A stretch of DNA of 64,000 bases, taken from NCBI GenBank assembly GCA_963668625.2, contig CAXXKA010000004.1, positions 128,001-192,000 of the forward strand. The letters are read 5' to 3'. The translations under genes were made by a program, and so were the position numbers. Shown piece after piece: positions 61,026 through 64,000 of the stretch (within the stretch, counting starts at the first letter, position 1; each line of letters opens with the position of its first letter). The stretch is from an uncultured candidate division Zixibacteria bacterium (GTDB taxonomy: Bacteria; Zixibacteria; MSB-5A5; UBA10806; 4484-95). Below the pieces are notes generated by a model. That model did no database searches and was not told where the DNA came from. It saw only the letters and a program-made list of their open reading frames with translations.

Positions 61026-62132
61026 TTAGCTGTGGTTGATATCCAGTACTATCGCGGCATCCTCGATTATTTTAGCGTATGCTACAGACTCGGAGATTAC
61101 CGCCTCCTCGAGACGTTGCTCTATCACTTTGTCGTACTCGACTGTCAACGGTTGCGAGTAGACCTCCTCCAGCGCGAAACGATTATCCAGCCCTACGATA
61201 TAGTCGTTGGCGACCTCATCGCATCTGACCAGCGTGGCGCCCAGAGGTGAGGTGATCTCCCCCGAACTCTGGAACTTGAATCCGATCATGGGATCCTTGA
61301 ACTCGCTGATATTGAGAATGTCCCTGATCACGTTCTTGTGGCAAACCATTACGCGCGGCTGATACGGGAAAAATTCGTTGAAAAATTTAACCATGTCCTC
61401 GTAATCGAGAGTCCCGGAAACATCGGTGGTTACGATACCGGCGGAGTTATCGTTGCCATCCCCGTTGATAAGCGTATCGACCGCCATGGCCACTCTATCG
61501 GATGCCAGGCGATAACCGATGTACCACAGCAGCACCTTGAACTGGGCCATGGTCCGGTGGCGAAGCGCTTTGTATGTCACCTTGAGAGTCAAACCGTAAT
61601 CGGGGATAGTAACGGTGTTGGCCTGGTCGGTCACGAGTATCGAGGGTACCTCGGCAGCCTCGCTTATCGGTCGAAGCGACAGGCTATCATCGGTGGCGCT
61701 GGTATCGATATGGAAAGGCGTGTATCGCGAGGTGGCTACACCTGAGGTCGAGGCAATCAGTTTGCCCAGCTCGGGGCGCATGTTCTGCCCTCGTCGTATT
61801 TCCCGCATCATGAACTCCGGCATTAAAGCAGCCGCCGAACGGTAAAACATCTCCACGGTAACAGGCGAACTGCCACCGGTACGCAAACCGTGATAAGCCA
61901 ACTGGCGCTCGAAAGCATCAAGAGGCGAACCGGCGGGCGAGGGATCATACTCGGGCAGTTCGAGAAGTTCAGAAAGCGAAAGGCCGAATTTCTGCGACTC
62001 GAGATACAGATTTTTATCGATTTTGATTTTCGAGGTGTTGGAGAAATCGACCGGGCCGGCAGGTAAATCATCCCGCGAGGCTAAATCCGACATCCTGTTC
62101 ATTACTGAATTATTCATAGTATTCATATTCAC
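61026..62132 (-). CDS. Major capsid protein (HK97-fold, inferred)
   Basis: About 365 aa; ISEAAEVP E-loop-like, YGLTLKVTYKAL strand, LINGDGN, terminal strands; follows decoration gene. Confidence 0.75.
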   Translation of the reverse strand: MNMNTMNNSVMNRMSDLASRDDLPAGPVDFSNTSKIKIDKNLYLESQKFGLSLSELLELPEYDPSPAGSPLDAFERQLAYHGLRTGGSSPVTVEMFYRSAAALMPEFMMREIRRGQNMRPELGKLIASTSGVATSRYTPFHIDTSATDDSLSLRPISEAAEVPSILVTDQANTVTIPDYGLTLKVTYKALRHRTMAQFKVLLWYIGYRLASDRVAMAVDTLINGDGNDNSAGIVTTDVSGTLDYEDMVKFFNEFFPYQPRVMVCHKNVIRDILNISEFKDPMIGFKFQSSGEITSPLGATLVRCDEVANDYIVGLDNRFALEEVYSQPLTVEYDKVIEQRLEEAVISESVAYAKIIEDAAIVLDINHS

Positions 62133-62138
62133 TCCGGG

Positions 62139-62555
62139 TTATAAAATTATGGTAACCTCGCTCGTACCGTTAACATCAATGACCGTGCCGCGGCCGATAT
62201 TACCACCGGCGGGATCGTAACCGGTCAACGCCGGTACCTGGCGAACCGAACCGTCGCCGTCAACTACCACGGCCTCGCCGGGCGAGGGCACCGTAGCGGC
62301 AGCCGATAAACTCATCACGCCGGCTACCTGCACCGTAGCTACACGATTGTTGTCCAGATCAGTCAGTGAAAGATCAATCAGCTTGCCGATAAGCTTGTCG
62401 CCGTCGGAGCCGAGGTTGACCTCGTAATTGCCGGCCAATGCAACGGCCTTACCGATATCGCCATCGTTCAAATCGTTCTCATCCGCCGTGCGATGTACCT
62501 TGAAACTCAAATACACCGCGCCGGTGGTTTCCAGATTATGTTCTCTTATTGCCAT
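62139..62555 (-). CDS. Capsid decoration/cement-like protein
   Basis: 138 aa Gly/Val-rich beta protein, GKAVAL...VATVQVAG...PGEAVVVDGDGSV, directly before capsid. Confidence 0.6.
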   Translation of the reverse strand: MAIREHNLETTGAVYLSFKVHRTADENDLNDGDIGKAVALAGNYEVNLGSDGDKLIGKLIDLSLTDLDNNRVATVQVAGVMSLSAAATVPSPGEAVVVDGDGSVRQVPALTGYDPAGGNIGRGTVIDVNGTSEVTIIL

Positions 62556-62567
62556 TTGTTCTCCTTG

Positions 62568-62981
62568 TTAACAACGATAGTCCTCGGGCTTTGCCGGAGG
62601 CTCCATCCTGTCATTCAGTTTAATCGTGTGCTTCGAGTAGCCGCCGAATATGGCGTTGATCGATTCGGTGATCTCCTGCTTCAAAGCGGTGAGCTTCTCG
62701 TATTCCAGATCATCCGAGTTAAGGTATTTTTCGGCCTGGCTGATTATGCCGCTTCCGCCTGAGCTTTTGAGTACTCTGAGTCGCGCCAGAAGGCTGTTTT
62801 TGGTATCCTCGATTAACCTCTCCCCCAACTCGAATCGGGGAGCGATTGCCTCCAGCAAGTTTTTTGTCATGGATAAAGCAGCTTTAATTTTATCGAGATT
62901 AACAAAGCCGCTTTCCGGCGCCGATTGCAGGGCGACCGAGGCGCTTTCCAACTCTGCCAGACATTGATCAATTTTCAACAT
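62568..62981 (-). CDS. Helical protein, possible scaffold
   Basis: Amphipathic helices; AAGGAG SD; between protease and decoration genes. Confidence 0.5.
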   Translation of the reverse strand: MLKIDQCLAELESASVALQSAPESGFVNLDKIKAALSMTKNLLEAIAPRFELGERLIEDTKNSLLARLRVLKSSGGSGIISQAEKYLNSDDLEYEKLTALKQEITESINAIFGGYSKHTIKLNDRMEPPAKPEDYRC

Positions 62982-63252
62982 TATTCTCCTTATGATTTAA
63001 TTGAACCTCAATCCTCATCAACCGCGTAATAACATCCTCGCGCAGCCTGAAAAAGTCCTCCTTGGTGGCAAAACTTCCGGCCAGTCGGGTCTCGAGATTC
63101 GATATTCGTTTGTCAAGTGTGGCAACGAATCCCTCCTCGGCTTTCCCGGCCATGTCGATTTTCAAGCCGGCAATCGTCGTGTAATAGGTGGAAAAAGCCG
63201 CCAGCAGGGCTATTGACAGAGTCACCACTAAATGACGGTATCTCTCCCACAT
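62968..63252 (-). CDS. Small single-TM coiled-coil protein
   Basis: LVVTLSIALLAAFSTYYTTIAGL TM; FATKEDF..LREDVITRLMRIE. Confidence 0.6.
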   Translation of the reverse strand: MWERYRHLVVTLSIALLAAFSTYYTTIAGLKIDMAGKAEEGFVATLDKRISNLETRLAGSFATKEDFFRLREDVITRLMRIEVQLNHKENNVEN

Positions 63253-63255
63253 GCT

Positions 63256-63990
63256 CTAAAAATCCTCTTGTTTGATAAGGTTGAAATGATAGCCGTTGAT
63301 AATCGCTTTAAAAGTATTCCTGGATTTGACGGGATTTTCTAAAGCCAAATCGACTGCCGGAGTAAGCGTGTAAATACCGGATGATTCCATATTACCGGGT
63401 TTATCATGAAGTTTATCGGTTATGGAGGTACCGGGAATGGAGCCGCGATAGACCAGTGAGGTCTCCAGTACTCTCTCCACTCCCCGGTAGAGGAAAAATA
63501 TATCCTCGCCTACCTGATGACCGCAAAGGCGAATGTCCTTGCCACAGGCCGAGCATTCGGGATAGGTATAGGTGAAACTTACTGAGCACTCTTTGTAAAT
63601 CCCGGAATCGATATTAAGCTTGAGACGGGTTGCGCCCTCGGCCTCTCTAAGCCAGTAGAAATAACATTTGATCCAGAGATTATCACCCTTTTCGACTGTC
63701 TCGGCATAGAAATTACGGGCCACCGGCAAGCCCGATTTATCATGACCGATTAACACCGGCGAATCGACAAACAGTCTGGCTATAGCCGGCAGATCAGCGC
63801 GAGCGAATCGCCCACCATACGAGTTGACAGAATCGCTGATTATATACATCGCTCTAACGTGGATATCCCCGGCTGTAACCGGTACGGGGGGTTTGATATC
63901 GGCGTTAATCATATCTATGTATTTCTGCATATTTTTATCAACCAGAGTGGCTGTTAGCTGGGCAGACTGAATTGCGTTTATTATTCCCAT
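63256..63990 (-). CDS. Prohead (capsid maturation) protease, HK97-type, with CxxC..C.H insertion
   Basis: LIGHD (His), ECSVSF (Ser), ETSLV (Glu), CSACGKDIRLCGH. Confidence 0.7.
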   Translation of the reverse strand: MGIINAIQSAQLTATLVDKNMQKYIDMINADIKPPVPVTAGDIHVRAMYIISDSVNSYGGRFARADLPAIARLFVDSPVLIGHDKSGLPVARNFYAETVEKGDNLWIKCYFYWLREAEGATRLKLNIDSGIYKECSVSFTYTYPECSACGKDIRLCGHQVGEDIFFLYRGVERVLETSLVYRGSIPGTSITDKLHDKPGNMESSGIYTLTPAVDLALENPVKSRNTFKAIINGYHFNLIKQEDF

Positions 63991-64000
63991 AAACTCTCCG

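Larger units (their letters stand above)
55284..63990 (-). mobile_element. Phage-derived head-gene operon (prophage remnant or domesticated capsid locus), continuing beyond the window
   Basis: Order protease-decoration-capsid-connector-like-holin-like; tight coupling; no tail tube/sheath/tape measure recognised. Confidence 0.7.

Noticed and set aside
61026-62132. Classical encapsulin
   Set aside because: Linked prohead protease, decoration and connector-like genes indicate a phage-type head; no cargo enzyme adjacent

Overview
Bacterial chromosomal window, almost all genes on the minus strand. The dockerin-like 'GADVTYLVNYFR' C-termini and the T9SS/FlgD-type sorting domain suggest an FCB-related lineage such as Zixibacteria (inference). 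From left to right: (1) a tandem array of at least five small outer-membrane beta-barrel paralogues, then ubiE/menG and a polyprenyl synthase. (2) A signalling block of about 22 kb: multi-GAF hybrid kinases, a His-less pseudo-kinase, a PAS kinase/sigma54 activator pair, and cheR-cheY-like-cheY-cheZ-cheA-cheB with a HEAT protein and a PP2C/anti-sigma/STAS module, but no cheW or chemoreceptor. Several sigma28-like promoters precede these units. (3) Three 89-bp GTAG REPIN-like repeats, two of which bracket an AT-rich TPR gene. (4) mscS and two large PAS proteins. (5) An island of about 9 kb with no integrase, inserted in tRNA-Leu(TAA) with a 71-bp att duplication, encoding a 10-repeat Cys-rich dockerin protein, a T9SS-type protein, TrmB and a broken M23 peptidase. 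(6) tRNA-Cys, DUF488 and a large S8 protease. (7) A compact phage-head operon (prohead protease, decoration protein, HK97-like capsid, connector-like gene) that lacks recognisable tail and endolysin genes and ends in signal-peptide proteins and a holin-like gene. This operon is the best candidate for an undescribed domesticated capsid system. All calls come from reading the sequence; no database searches were run.
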